This document shows positions 52,513-64,000 of a DNA stretch of 64,000 nt, in pieces. Below the pieces are notes generated by a model that made no database searches, had not been told where the DNA came from, and saw nothing but the letters and a program-made list of their open reading frames with translations. Source of the stretch: Lepidodermella squamata (lineage: Eukaryota; Animalia; Gastrotricha); NCBI GenBank assembly GCA_047495785.1, contig JBLDXI010000013.1, positions 2,294,001-2,358,000 of the forward strand, in the 5' to 3' direction. The translations under genes and the position numbers were made by a program. The stretch's first letter is position 1. Each line of letters opens with the position of its first letter.

Positions 52513-55500
52513 ATGGCTTACGTGCAAAACCCGGGCATGTCCCAGGGTTATGGGGGTAGTAATGGTTATCAGCAGAATGGGGGTGGCTATCAACAAAACG
52601 GCTACCAGCAAAACGGGGGAATGAACAGCGGATACGGTGGCGGCGGTGGTGGAGGTTATAACAATCAGGGGTATAATCAAGGTTACGGAGGTGGCCAGGG
52701 AAATAACAACTATGGTGGCCCAACGCAGGCGGGCTATGGTGGTCAAAATATGCAGGGTGGCAATGGGTACGGCGGAGGCTATGGAGGAGCTCCTCCTCAA
52801 GTTGGCGGATTCAACGCTGCGAATAACGGCGAAGTTGGACTGATCGAAGTTCTAGAAGGCAGTGGAGAACGTAAGAATTTTTCAATTCCACCTTACAAAA
52901 ACTAAAGTCATTTTTCTGGACAGCGATTTTGTGCATGGCTGTTAGTGACAATGGCGTGGTCTTAGTGACTGGTCATTCCGATGGGCGAGCTCTTGTTTGG
53001 CGAACTGACCTCGGTGATGGAATTAAGCTCTATTGTGAACTCACGGTACCTAAGTTTTTTCTCAACTGAATTCAAAAATTATTTTTCTTAATTTTTTCCA
53101 GGGCCATGAGCATTACATTCGTGATGTTTTGATTATTTACCCGCAAGTTTTGACGGCTAGTGCGGATGGAACAATTAAAAAGTGGCACCTGCCCACAACG
53201 CAACTGGCTCAGAATTGGGTGGGTCATGACGGCCCGATTGGTCTGATGATCAATCATAACGGCATCATTTTTTCCGCATCGCTGGATGGAACAGCTATAA
53301 TGTGGGATTTCAACACCGGGTCACCCATGATTCGATTTCAGGGCCACGCGGGTCCAGTAGGTTGCATGACCTTAATCCCGGGTGATTCGCTGGTTCCTAA
53401 GGGCCAATACAACCAAATGGGCATGGTGCCAGGGGATATACTGGTTACTGGGTCGGTTGATTGCACCATCCGACTGTGGGACACGCAAAGTGGTCAAATG
53501 GTTAGCATACCCGGGTATTACACGGACGGAATGGGCGGCGGGTATTTGCAGCCGATCGATGATAAAAGCGCCCATCGCGCTGCGATAACCGCGCTGACTT
53601 ACATAAAATCGTCGCAGTTACTCTGCAGCGGCTCGACAGATTGCACGATTCGAGGCTGGGCCGCTCCGAATTGGTCGTGCGTCATCGTCCTTGACACCCA
53701 TACAGGGCCCATCACCCAGTTGGTGTCACCCGATGATACGATGTTGTACTCGGGCGCGGCTGATGGCGTAGTCCACGCCTGGGCATTCGAGCTTCAAGTT
53801 GTTGGCCATCAGAGACAACTCGTGCCTGTTGCGCATCTCCAGGCGAGTTTCAGCCGCTTTGTCGAGTTCAATCAGCCGCAACGAGCTGGCGGACCGATGA
53901 ACCCGGCTAAAGGGCTTATTGCGAACACCTACGGCGGAGAGCCGACTGATGACTTGCAACCGGTTGAAACTATCACAGCGATTTGCAAAATTGGCCGAAA
54001 TGGTGGATTTCTACTAGGTTTAATCGAATTTCTCAAATTTTTCATTCATTTTTAAGTTATTGTGGGCTCGATGGACGGCATGACTAACGGCTATGATGAA
54101 ACTGGAAATTTAATCCGGCGTATGACGGGACATCAAGGCGCCATAACTGCATGCAAGGTTCGTAAAATAGAATAAAACAAAAATCCTCCTTAATTCATAT
54201 TTCCAGGTTTTGATGGACCAATTTGTGTTGACGGCTTCTGTCGATGGCACGGTCCGAGTTTGGAATAGGGGTCTTCTATTTCCGCCAAAGCCTCAGATCA
54301 TTCAACCGCCCCGCCAAATCGCGCCTCTCGGGCCGAAAGTTCCGCAGAGTAACATGATTTTACAAGCCCAACCACCCCCGAAACCAGTAGTTCAACCTCC
54401 CCCGATGCCACCACAGCCGATCATTATCCAAGCCCCGGCTCCCGTTGCGGCTCCAGCTCCGCCCCCACCCCCTCCGCCTCAACCGGTTATCGTCAAGTAC
54501 GAAGCGCCGAAACCCGCGACCCCACCGCCCCCACCACCGCAGTTTCAAATGCCGCAAATCATTCATGTTGGCGGCGGGAGGAAAAACAAGAAGAAGGAGA
54601 AGCCGAAGCCGCAACCGCAACAGCAGCAGGTTGTTGTCGTTCACCATGACAGTAGCAGCGAGGAAGAGGAGGATAGTGGCACTGAAGTTGACTCGCGAAC
54701 AATTTCAACGCAAACCAAGTCGAAGGAGAAGGAAAAGCCGAAGAAAAAGACTATCACAGTGGAACGAGGTAAAAACATTGAAATTTTCAATTAATTAAAC
54801 ACAAAATTTCAAAAATGTATATCAAAATTAAATTGAAAACATTGAAAAATTACACTGCAATTAAAATTGAAATTAATTTTTTTATTTAATCAATAATTTA
54901 GTTAAGTAAAGTTTTAATTTATTTTTTACTGAGTCTACAATAGTGATAAAACTTAATGACATACTGAAATTATCTTAGAACCAGAGCCGAAGAAAAAAGA
55001 GAAGGAGAGGATCATCAAAGTTTACCGAGAACCGAGCCCGCCGCCGAAAGGTAACAACAATTTCAACATAAATTTTCTTATTTTTTCTACGAAGTGCACT
55101 TTCATACATAAATATGTATGACATTTTTACCTTTCATACATATTTATGTATGACAAAATTAACTTTCATACATATTTTTTTTCATAAAATCGTGTTTTTT
55201 AGCCAAACTGTGATTAGGAATTGGGGTTAGGGGTTGGAGTTAGGTACCAGGTTTCGGGTTAGGGTTAGGGTTAGGTTTAGGGTTTGGTTAGGGTTCAGGA
55301 TTAAGGTTATGGTTAGGGGAATTCGAGTTTCGGGTTTCTACAAAGCTCGATTTTTGGGCCCTTGCGCTTCCCCAATAACCATTTTCATGCGGAAAAAAGT
55401 GACTACGCTTTCGGAACTCCGTTTTTCTTTTACATAAACCGAAAACTAGTCATCTGGCATTTCCCTAAGGTTTTCAGCTTGAATTTAATTTAAAAAAATA

Positions 55501-56277
55501 TGTATGAAAGTTAATTTTGTCATACATAAATATGTATGAAAGGTAAAAATGTCATACATATTTATGTATGAAAGTTGGCACCCTTTTTCTATTATTTTCC
55601 AGAGCCAAAGAAAAAGGAGAGAGTGATTAAAATCTACCAAGAGCCACCAAGCCCACCGCCAAAAGGTGAGATCAGTTATTTTAAGGCGACATTTTTTTAA
55701 ATATTTTATTCAATTTTTTTCAAGAGAGTGACGATGAGCGGGATGAGATAATAATTATGCCGAAACGATCGGATCGTGTCCCTAGAATGGCTAAAAAACC
55801 AGTTTCGGTCCAACTTTCCCGTTCTAACCCGGTTCCGCCTACGTCATCTGACGGGAAAAAACTACCACCTGTTATTGACCCCAGTTATATGGCTGTGCGA
55901 GATCACCAACGCGATTTAGCCTTGATGAACTTGGCCGCTGAAGTTGCGGTCGAGCGAGCGATTCGGCGCAACGATGTGGCTCGTCAAACCTCGGATCCTG
56001 ACACGGGCAGGCTATCCTTGCCGCCTGTTATGCCGCCGACGAAATCTAACAACCGCGGCAACAATTACAACTACCCGAGAAATGACAATTCCTGTAACTA
56101 AAATCCGAAATTTTCTAGTTTTATTGTTAATTTTGTAATTTATTTTTAACAGCTCGTGCGTGGTCCTTGCCTAGCGGTCGGGGGCGAGACAGACCGAGTG
56201 AGAACGATTTCGACGAGGACGAGTATTTCCAGGAACTGGACTACGCACCATCAGCTATTCTTCTGAAGAGGAAATAA
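52513..56277 (+). CDS. WD40-repeat protein with G/N/Q/Y-rich N-terminus and Pro/Lys-rich C-terminal half
   Basis: Repeated GH...TAS.DGT...W motifs at ~52900-54270, poly-Pro, two short paralogous exons, and a last exon ending LKRK-TAA. Confidence 0.8.
55090..55583. mobile_element. Non-autonomous TIR element (MITE/foldback) in a WD40 intron
   Basis: Perfect 84-bp inverted repeats at 55098-55181 and 55492-55575; TTTTTCTA on both flanks (55082-55089, 55584-55591). Confidence 0.85.
55214..55319 (+). repeat. Degenerate interstitial (TTAGGG)n tract
   Basis: ...GGGTTAGGGTTAGGGTTAGGTTTAGGGTTTGGTTAGGG... with 6-bp periodicity over ~105 bp. Confidence 0.85.
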
Positions 56278-56490
56278 CTCTCGCAAAATTTCGCTCAGTG
56301 ACGATTTGATTTCGCTTACGTTGTAATTTCCAGCCCCCGTATTAATTTGACAGTATATTCCAATAAAATGCATAATTTATTGTTGTTAAATTGTCGGTCG
56401 ACAATTTTTCGCACTCATAGTGAACAATCGTTTGGCCACTGAGTGATACGAAATACTAAATGCATCACGAATTAAAATGTCGCAAGAATC

Positions 56491-56945
56491 AGGTCAGGGA
56501 CATTGCCCTGGTGACCTGGTTTTCGCAGGTGAATTATTAGTATACAACTACATAGTATTAATGTATTGAAAAAACGTGGGATAAGAAATTATCAGCGGAC
56601 CAATTAGGACTAATTACATAGACCAGTAAATTCCCACGTTTTAGCGAATTAAATATGGTCATGAAATAATTACGAATATTTTCCGCGTCAATTTGGCATT
56701 ATTTTCCACGAGTTCAGGGACATTGCGCGGGTGACCTGGTTTCACAGGTGCTTAATTAGTAAAGTCACGATTTAGGGTTACAAGGGTACCGTTAATTGTG
56801 AGGTGGGGCGTCGCAAGATGAAAAATAGCAAAAATATAACCTTGATTAATTTGTTTCCAGAGTTTTCGCACACCCCAGGTAGTAATGACTGAGCAAACAG
56901 ACGCAGGATAAGGAATTATCAGGACTGAGCTTAATTATATAAACC
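56491..56945 (+). promoter_or_regulatory. Duplicated chitinase promoter with nuclear-receptor half-site arrays, GATA and TATA motifs
   Basis: AGGTCA-GGGACA-t-TGCCCT-gg-TGACCT (56491-56517) with a related copy at 56711-56737; GGATAAG.AATTATCAG at ~56579 and ~56906; TATATAAA at ~56936. Confidence 0.5.
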
Positions 56946-56989
56946 GTGCGAATTATCATAAAATAACGATTTTGAGCAATTAATTACGA

Positions 56990-58864
56990 ATGTTTTTCGA
57001 GTCAGCGTATACAGTTTGCGCATTAATTGCCATTTCAATCGCCGGCAATGTTTCGGCCCAGGACGTTTACTGTCTGTTATTCAAATAAACTTATATTTCG
57101 AAGATTCGAACTTTGTTATTCCAGGCGATAAAAACTGTCAGCCGAAAGCAGAGACGGAGGGAAAGTTCTACTGCGTTCAATCGAATGCTAACAAATTTAC
57201 GCAGTGTTCCAATGGGGTTCGCTACGTCAACACGTGTCCTACTGGGCTAGTTTGGGATACTGCAAGCAATAATTGCAACTGGCCTTCAGCTACTAAACCT
57301 TGCTCATGCAGCGGCACTGCAGCGGCTGCGACGACGAAAAAACCAGCAGCAGCAACTACGAAAGCTGCGGCTGCTACGACGAAAAAGCCAGCAGCGGAAA
57401 CTACGAAAGCCGCGACCAAGGCTACCACAACGACTAAAAAGCCAAGCAGCACTACCAGTGATAAAAAGATTGTCTGCTACTACACGAACTGGTCGCAATA
57501 TCGAACTGGAATAGGAAAATTTTTGCCGTCTAACATCGACGCGACTCTCTGCACCCACATCGTTTACGGTAAATTGTTCGACAAATTCCGTTTGAATTTT
57601 TTCAGAGATTCATAACCGTTTCTGCAGCTTTCTTTGATTTCACTACAACGGAAGTCAAATATAGTCAATATAATGATGATGTCCGGATTAAGGAGGTTCT
57701 AGCGCTGAAAAAGGTCAATTCTAAGTTGAAGGTCATCGCATCGGTTGGAGGGTAAGTCTTGTGAACTGCCTAGTTTTACCAGTTACAAAGACTTCTCAAA
57801 TCTACCTAGCTGGAGTGCTGGTGTTTCTACATTTAGTAAAATCATTTCAAGCGATTCAAATATGGCCACGTTCAACAAAGCGGCCATCAAGTTTTGCCGA
57901 GCCAACAACTTCGATGGTTTCGATGTTGATTTCGAGTATCCGGCCAATCGTGGTAGCCCGACTGGGGATAAGGCTAAATTTGCGAAGTGGATGGCTGGCC
58001 TTGCGAAAGACTTTGATGCGGAGGCAGCTTCCACTGGCAAGCCTCGGCTTATTCTGGCAGCGGCGATCGGCGCTGGGAAATCAACCGTCGACTCTGCTTA
58101 CGATCTTAAGAGCATTGGAGCGTAAGTAACCCACCTTAAATGACTGAAAGACAACCGATTTCTTATTTTTCAGGAGCTTGGATATTATTAGCGTGATGAC
58201 CTACGATTTCCACGGGACTTGGGAATCCGTTACCGGCTACAACGCTCCGTTGAAGCCGAAGTCCGGTTGGACCGGTACTTTAGCTGCTATGACCGTGCAG
58301 TCCGCGATTCAATACCTGAAGAATGGTGGGGTTCCAGCGAAGAAAATGGTCATGGGCATTCCGCTTTATGGTCACTCATTCACCCTTGCCTCGTCATCTT
58401 CAACAGGAGTTGGAGCCAAGGCAACTGGTGCCGGGGCCAAGGGAACATACACCGGTGAAGCCGGTTTCAATGCATACTACGAAACTTGCATGTTGGCAAG
58501 ATGTCCAAGCTATACATATATTTACGACTCCGAGTGCCAAGTTCCGTATATGTTTTCTGGAAAAAATTGGATTTCCACTGAAGACCAAGCCTCTGTGAAA
58601 GCCAAAGCGCAACTCGCTCTGAGTGAAGGCGTAAGTCCCCCTGTTTCCCCCTTTTTCCTCTTTGAAAGATCGTCATTTTACCAGGTTGGAGGTGTCATGT
58701 ATTGGGCCATTGATTTGGACGACTTCGGCGGTGTCTGTCAGAGCAATGTGAAATATCCTCTGATGAAAACTGTCGCCAGCATTCTTCGCAATGACCCAAG
58801 CATCATGCCGAAACTTACCAAAGGCGAAAAGAACAACTCTATGTGCAACGCTGTCGCTGGGTGA
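56990..58864 (+). CDS. GH18 chitinase 1 with N-terminal CBM14-like domain and Thr/Ala linker (6 exons)
   Basis: Signal peptide; [17 protein letters not shown]|[12 protein letters not shown] (DxDxE intact), [15 protein letters not shown]. Confidence 0.93.
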
Positions 58865-60206
58865 GCCACAATTTCCATACCTGGACAAGATCACGAGAAA
58901 GTGACAGCCTTCGGGCTTAATTATTCGCATTTGCAGCTAGTGAAAGCAAAATAATGTTGGTTATTTGCAAAGAGCTTTATTATTCTGGCGAATAGGACTT
59001 GAATATATCGCGACATAAAACAGAAAAATTTGCGACTTCCTTGGCGCAGCAAAACTCGTCCGAAAGCTGGAGGTCAACTCTGAAACTATTGAAACTAGCT
59101 CTCGTCATGCGGAGTTACGGTTAACCGGAATGCTACAACAACTACACTTGCTAGTCCACTATACTAAGACCACATTGACACATTGATACCAAATACCAAA
59201 TAATAAATAGATTACAAGTTTCCTTGACTACCTTTGCTTAATCAACCGGAAAATTTTATCAGTTCATAGGGATTGCTCGCGATGAATTTTGGCTGTGTAG
59301 GTAGTGACGTCGTTCGTAAGGCAAGGGTTGAGCTGGTTCAGCCGAACGTCTAGTTTAACTTTTCGTTTCTTACCTCCAGTAACTTTTCTTTCCTCGGCTG
59401 CTCGGTGTTGGCCCTTCGTTAGCGCTCGATAAAATTGACAAGATCTCGAAAGATATTACCGAACTAAATCGACAAATTATATCCATGGCTCTTTCGAAAA
59501 ATTCCAACTATGAAGTCAGCTATCCACTATGAAGATGGTTAACTGCCGCAATTCCTACCGCCAGTATCACTTTGCTTATTATTACTTTGATGACCAACCC
59601 TGATGACAGATGACTGATTCTGATTTCTACTGAGAAAGTGAAGTAGATCGCAGAATTTCGGATCAGTGACGCGAGAAAAAAATGCGTTTTTATAAATCTG
59701 CGTCATTATTGAGTTGTTTACCAGCCCTCGTGTTGACTATATTCGTTAATTTTTTATAATTCTGGACCTGAAACTTCACCTGCGAAAGCTGTTTGCGTCG
59801 TGTAACATTTGTTTAAACGTCGCAAACGTGCGAAAATACCTCAACAATGTGAAACAAAAAATGGCGTTGTTTATTCAGCAACCAGTGACCTGGCGTTAAC
59901 AAGGGCGTTAAAGCATTGGCAATTAAGAGCGCACTCCTCATTGAACTACGTGTAAAGGTTATGCGGAGACCGTCAACATTCAGAGATATGGCGTCACAAG
60001 AAAAAAAATGGCACGAAAAACCATATAGTGTTTCGTATCCAGATTTTTCGCTTACCTCAGCAGTTGGCGGCTGAACAAACAACAACGGATAAGAAATGGC
60101 GTTTCTACTGGCTTAATTAGCTATAAAAGGTAGATTCCCAGGCCTCACCGAGTAATATCTTGGAATTAAAACTCTTAATATTTTACTTTGGAAAATTCAA
60201 TTACAA

Positions 60207-62133
60207 ATGGCGCCTAAGTCGTCACTTTCTTTCTGCGCAGTCATTGCAATTTTATGCGCCGGCTATGCATCAGCTGAAGATGTTTTTTGTAAGTTTTTGA
60301 ACGTGTTTCATATCTCAGGTTTTATCGTCAATTTTAGGAGACAATAACTGTCAGCCAATGTCGGAAACCGATGGCAAATTCTACTGCGTTGAATCGGATT
60401 CAAACAAATTCACGCAATGTTCCAACGGGTTTCGCTACATCAAAAACTGCCCACCTGGTCTCGTTTGGGACACATCAGCCAACTATTGCAATTGGCCAAC
60501 AGCAGCCAAGCCCTGCACCTGCAATGGTGCCGCTCCGGCTACGACGACCACTCCGAAAGCCGCTACTACAACTACAAAGACTACGACTACTACAACGTCA
60601 AAATCATCGACCACCACAAAGCAAGCGACATCAACAACTTCAACAAAAGCCACGACAACGACTAAATCAGCTGGCACAACTACCAAGTCAAGTGCAACGA
60701 CGACAAAGCAAAGCAGCGGTGGTGATGAGAAAAAGATTGTTTGCTACTACACGAATTGGTCGCAATATCGTAATGGAATCGGCAAATTCTTGCCATCCAA
60801 TATCGACCCGAACTTATGCACCCATATTATCTATGGTATGATCGTATTTTAAGAATTTTAAAAGTAATTTATTATTTTTAAAATTTAGCCTTCCTGAACT
60901 TCAGCTCGACCGAAGTCAAGTACCTTGAATGGAACGATGATGTAAGGATTAAGGAAGTTCTCGCCCTAAAGAACATCAATCCCAACTTGAAAGTCGTCGC
61001 ATCTGTCGGAGGGTAACAAAAACATTTTATTTTCAAAGTAATTCCGTGCAAATATTGGCTATTCTTTCCAGCTGGAATGCCGGTGTCGACAGATTCAGCC
61101 AAATTATTTCAAGCGATTCAAATATCGCGACGTTCAACAAAGCCGCCATCAAGTTTTGCCGAGATAATAAATTCGATGGTTTCGATGTCGATTTCGAGTA
61201 TCCGGCCAACCGAGGTAGCCCAGCAGGAGATAAGGCCAAATTCGCGAAGTGGATGGCCGCCCTCGCTAAAGACTTTGATGCGGAGGCAGCGGCTACTGGC
61301 ATGCCCCGTCTTATTTTGGCCGCTGCAATCGGCGCTGGGAAATCAACCATTGACTCGGCTTACGATCTTCCGAGCATTGGAGCGTGAGTAACCCATCTTA
61401 ATCGAGTTAGGAAAGCTAATTTCCTTTTTCTTAGGAGCTTGGATATCATCAGCGTAATGACCTACGATTTCCACGGAACTTGGGAATCTGTTACCGGCTA
61501 CAACGCCCCGTTGAAGCCGAAGCCTAGCTGGCCTTTGAATGGAGATTTAGCCACTATGACTACTCAATACGCCATTCAGTACCTGAAAAAGAACGGCGTT
61601 CCTGCCAGCAAAATGGTGATGGGTATTCCGCTGTATGGCCACTCCTTCCGACTTGCCTCAACCTCTTCAACCGGGCTTGGAGCCGCAGCTACCGGTGCTG
61701 GAACCCAGGGAACTTACACCGGAGAGGCGGGATTCAATTCCTACTACGAAACCTGCATGTTGGCAAAGTGCCCAACTTACAATTATGTCTACGACGCTGA
61801 TTGCGAGGTTCCTTACCTGTTTTCGGGCAATAACTGGATCTCGACTGAAGATCAAGCGTCCGTCAAAGCCAAGGCGCAGTTTGCCCTCAGCGAAGGAGTT
61901 GGTTTCTGATTTATTTCACCTGAAATCTTACATGTTCATTCGTTTAATTATAGCTTGGAGGTGTCATGTATTGGGCCATTGATCTGGACGATTTCGCTGG
62001 TGTCTGTCAGAGCAATGTGAAATATCCTTTGATGAAAACTGTGGCCAGCATTGTTCGCAATGATCCAAGCATCATGCCAACCATTACTACTGGCGACAAA
62101 AGCAGCTCGATGTGCAGCGCCGTCATCGGTTGA
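60207..62133 (+). CDS. GH18 chitinase 2, paralog of chitinase 1; first junction creates TGA unless a NAGNAG acceptor is used
   Basis: Same six-exon layout with intact catalytic motifs. Exon 1 ends in T (60288) and the acceptor ttttag|GA gives TGA where paralogs have Cys. Confidence 0.8.
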
Positions 62134-62733
62134 GCAGCACTTTTAGTCAAAACTGCTGCCGGTGATAAGGAACGGTGATAATATAACAGCTAAACTTTCG
62201 GGTGCTACGTTTTTGAACATTTTGAACATAGCCGTACACATTTTGGAGCTTGGAAATTATTTATTTTAATAAAAAAATTGGCATTGCACTATAATCTGCC
62301 AGTTCATTTTTTTGTGAGCTCAAGCCTCTCTCAAATGGGTTCACCAATTGCGCACCCTAAATTTAGGGTTTCAAAAAAACGAATTTGCAAAAATTCGTTA
62401 TAAATTCGTTATAAATTCAGTCTTCGACCCCAATTTTCGGCGTGCAAATATTTGGAACCCTAACTGTCAGTATCGAGGCGGTCAACAGTCTGGGAATGAT
62501 TCAACTCACCCCAACGGAAAATACCCATAGCACCATATCCCCACCGCGCTGTTGCGTTCCCCAAGTGGATTATAACAATACACACACGCGCGCACGAACA
62601 CACACAAGGAAACTCGCGCGCGCAGGCAGGCGCCCACACCTGATGACACAGAGTAGAGTAGCCAGGAAAGCACGAGGAATTCGCATTCATCATCAACCTG
62701 CAATCATTTTGATATTTGATATTCGACGTTCTG

Positions 62734-64000
62734 ATGGGTAAACGCAAAGCAATCGTTACCGATTCTCAAGTTACGGCTGATAACGCTGAAGGTACACACT
62801 TTCTTAAGCTGGGTTTTTTTTTTACTAATGGTACCATCCGCATAGCAGCACCTGTAAAGCGTAAACCCGGGCGGCCGCCTGGTTCAAAAAACAAGGCGAA
62901 AGTGTCTGAGCAACCGGCTGTCGATCCACCGCCGGTCAGACAAGCGCAAGCTAAGAAGAAGACGGCACAGCGAGTGGCACCCGCGTCAACACCACCGCCC
63001 GTCTTTAATCCGATTACGTTCTCAACAGCTAAGGCAAGCAGAGCTAATCCAGTCGTTGTGGCCACTCAACCGCCGATACCGCCGCGCGTGGCCTCGCCGC
63101 AACTTAGCGAGGACAGCATGCCGGATCTCGAGAATCAGAGCAACTCGGCTTCAAACGACTTCAGCGACGAAGTGCCGGAACAGCACCCGCCTCAAGTAGC
63201 GGACTCAAGCGATTTCGCCTCGCCGAACACCGTGCGCCTGCTGAAGGCCCGCGTTCGCCAGCTCGAAGAAACAGTTCAGCAGCAAACAGTTCCACAGGCA
63301 ACGAACTTGAGCCTCACCCCTGATCAAATGCAGGCCATGTTGGATTTTCAGCCCGAGAAGCACGCTGTTTACTACAAGTCGTCCAAGGATGGCAAAGTCT
63401 TGTGTCACGCCGGCCATCGGTACCTGTTTGACCGACGCAAAAACGGCGCCGTCTACGTCCGCTGCTACGACCACCGTGGCGAATTGAACTGCCACTGTAC
63501 GTGGACTAGCCCGCTTCCCGAGTGGCCAGAAGGGCATAACAGCGCTTGTTACCGGTTCAACCTAGAAGAGGCGCCGAAACATGGAGGTAATTCGATATTT
63601 CGACTAAAATTGTTTGATTTTGATTTAATTTTGTTGTTAGAGCACAACCACGAACCAGACCGAGTTGGAGTCGAGGTCGAAATCAACATGGCTAAAGTTC
63701 GGTGGCTCATCTCCAACCAGCCGGCCGTCGTTCCCGGTCAACACTACCGTCAAGTGAAAAGCGAGATCTCGGACTTGGAGGTACGCGAGGCGTTCCCGGA
63801 CCTCGACGAGATCGTCTCTGGGCTGTACAAGCGCCGAGGCAAGAAGTACCCGAAAAACCCGACGTCGTTGGACGACTTGTTTGAGCTGCTGCAATCAGCC
63901 ATCGCCAAAGATCTAGACGAGGAAACACAAGCGAAAATTGAAGCCTTCATCTTAACGCATGACAAGAACGAAAAGTTTCTGTATCATCTGGAGAAAGGTG
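62734..64000 (+). mobile_element. Mutator-like (MULE) transposase, 5' part: AT-hook, FLYWCH-type finger (runs off window end)
   Basis: Spliced frame MGKRK...KRKPGRPPGSKNK...GKVLCHAGHRY...VRC...C...HNHEP...LYKRRGKKYPKNPTSLDD...THDKNEKFLYH, typical of the region preceding a MULE DDE domain. Confidence 0.7.

Noticed and set aside
55214-55319. True chromosome end or telomere fusion site
   Set aside because: The tract is short, degenerate, single-orientation and enclosed by TIRs within an intron.
60288-60339. Selenocysteine at the split TGA of chitinase 2
   Set aside because: The position is a structural Cys in a binding module, and I see no convincing SECIS after 62133; nonsense mutation, NAGNAG or error are simpler.

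Overview
Eukaryotic, gene-dense DNA from a compact-genome invertebrate animal. Most introns are GT-AG and 50-60 bp, and there are chitin-related genes and a degenerate TTAGGG tract; I cannot name the species. All exon joins were made by eye. Left to right: the 5' end of a CD36-family gene; a PDZ-RGSL-C1-DH-PH RhoGEF with a degenerate DH motif; a Pro-rich CD225-like gene; and a ~22 kb minus-strand tandem array of temptin-domain/copper type II (DBH/PHM-like) monooxygenase genes. That array has six intact copies, one damaged copy and one remnant, lacks DOMON domains, mostly ends in GPI-like tails, and is interrupted by an intronless FMO and a divergent Cys-loop channel. Next come a C2H2 gene, an orphan secreted Cys/Pro-rich gene, and two signal-peptide-less ENPP-type phosphodiesterases flanking an AKAP7-like 2H phosphoesterase. 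A 53-bp intron can fuse the 2H gene in frame to the downstream ENPP, whose long intron holds a nested antisense zinc-finger gene. The rest is enolase, two CBM14-like genes, a Rab2-like GTPase with Q-to-S in switch II, a WD40 gene carrying a TIR element with telomeric repeats, two CBM-first GH18 chitinases, and the 5' part of a MULE/FLYWCH transposase. Best candidates for undescribed systems: (1) the temptin-monooxygenase + FMO + ion channel cluster; (2) the cytosolic 2H-phosphoesterase/ENPP locus or fusion.
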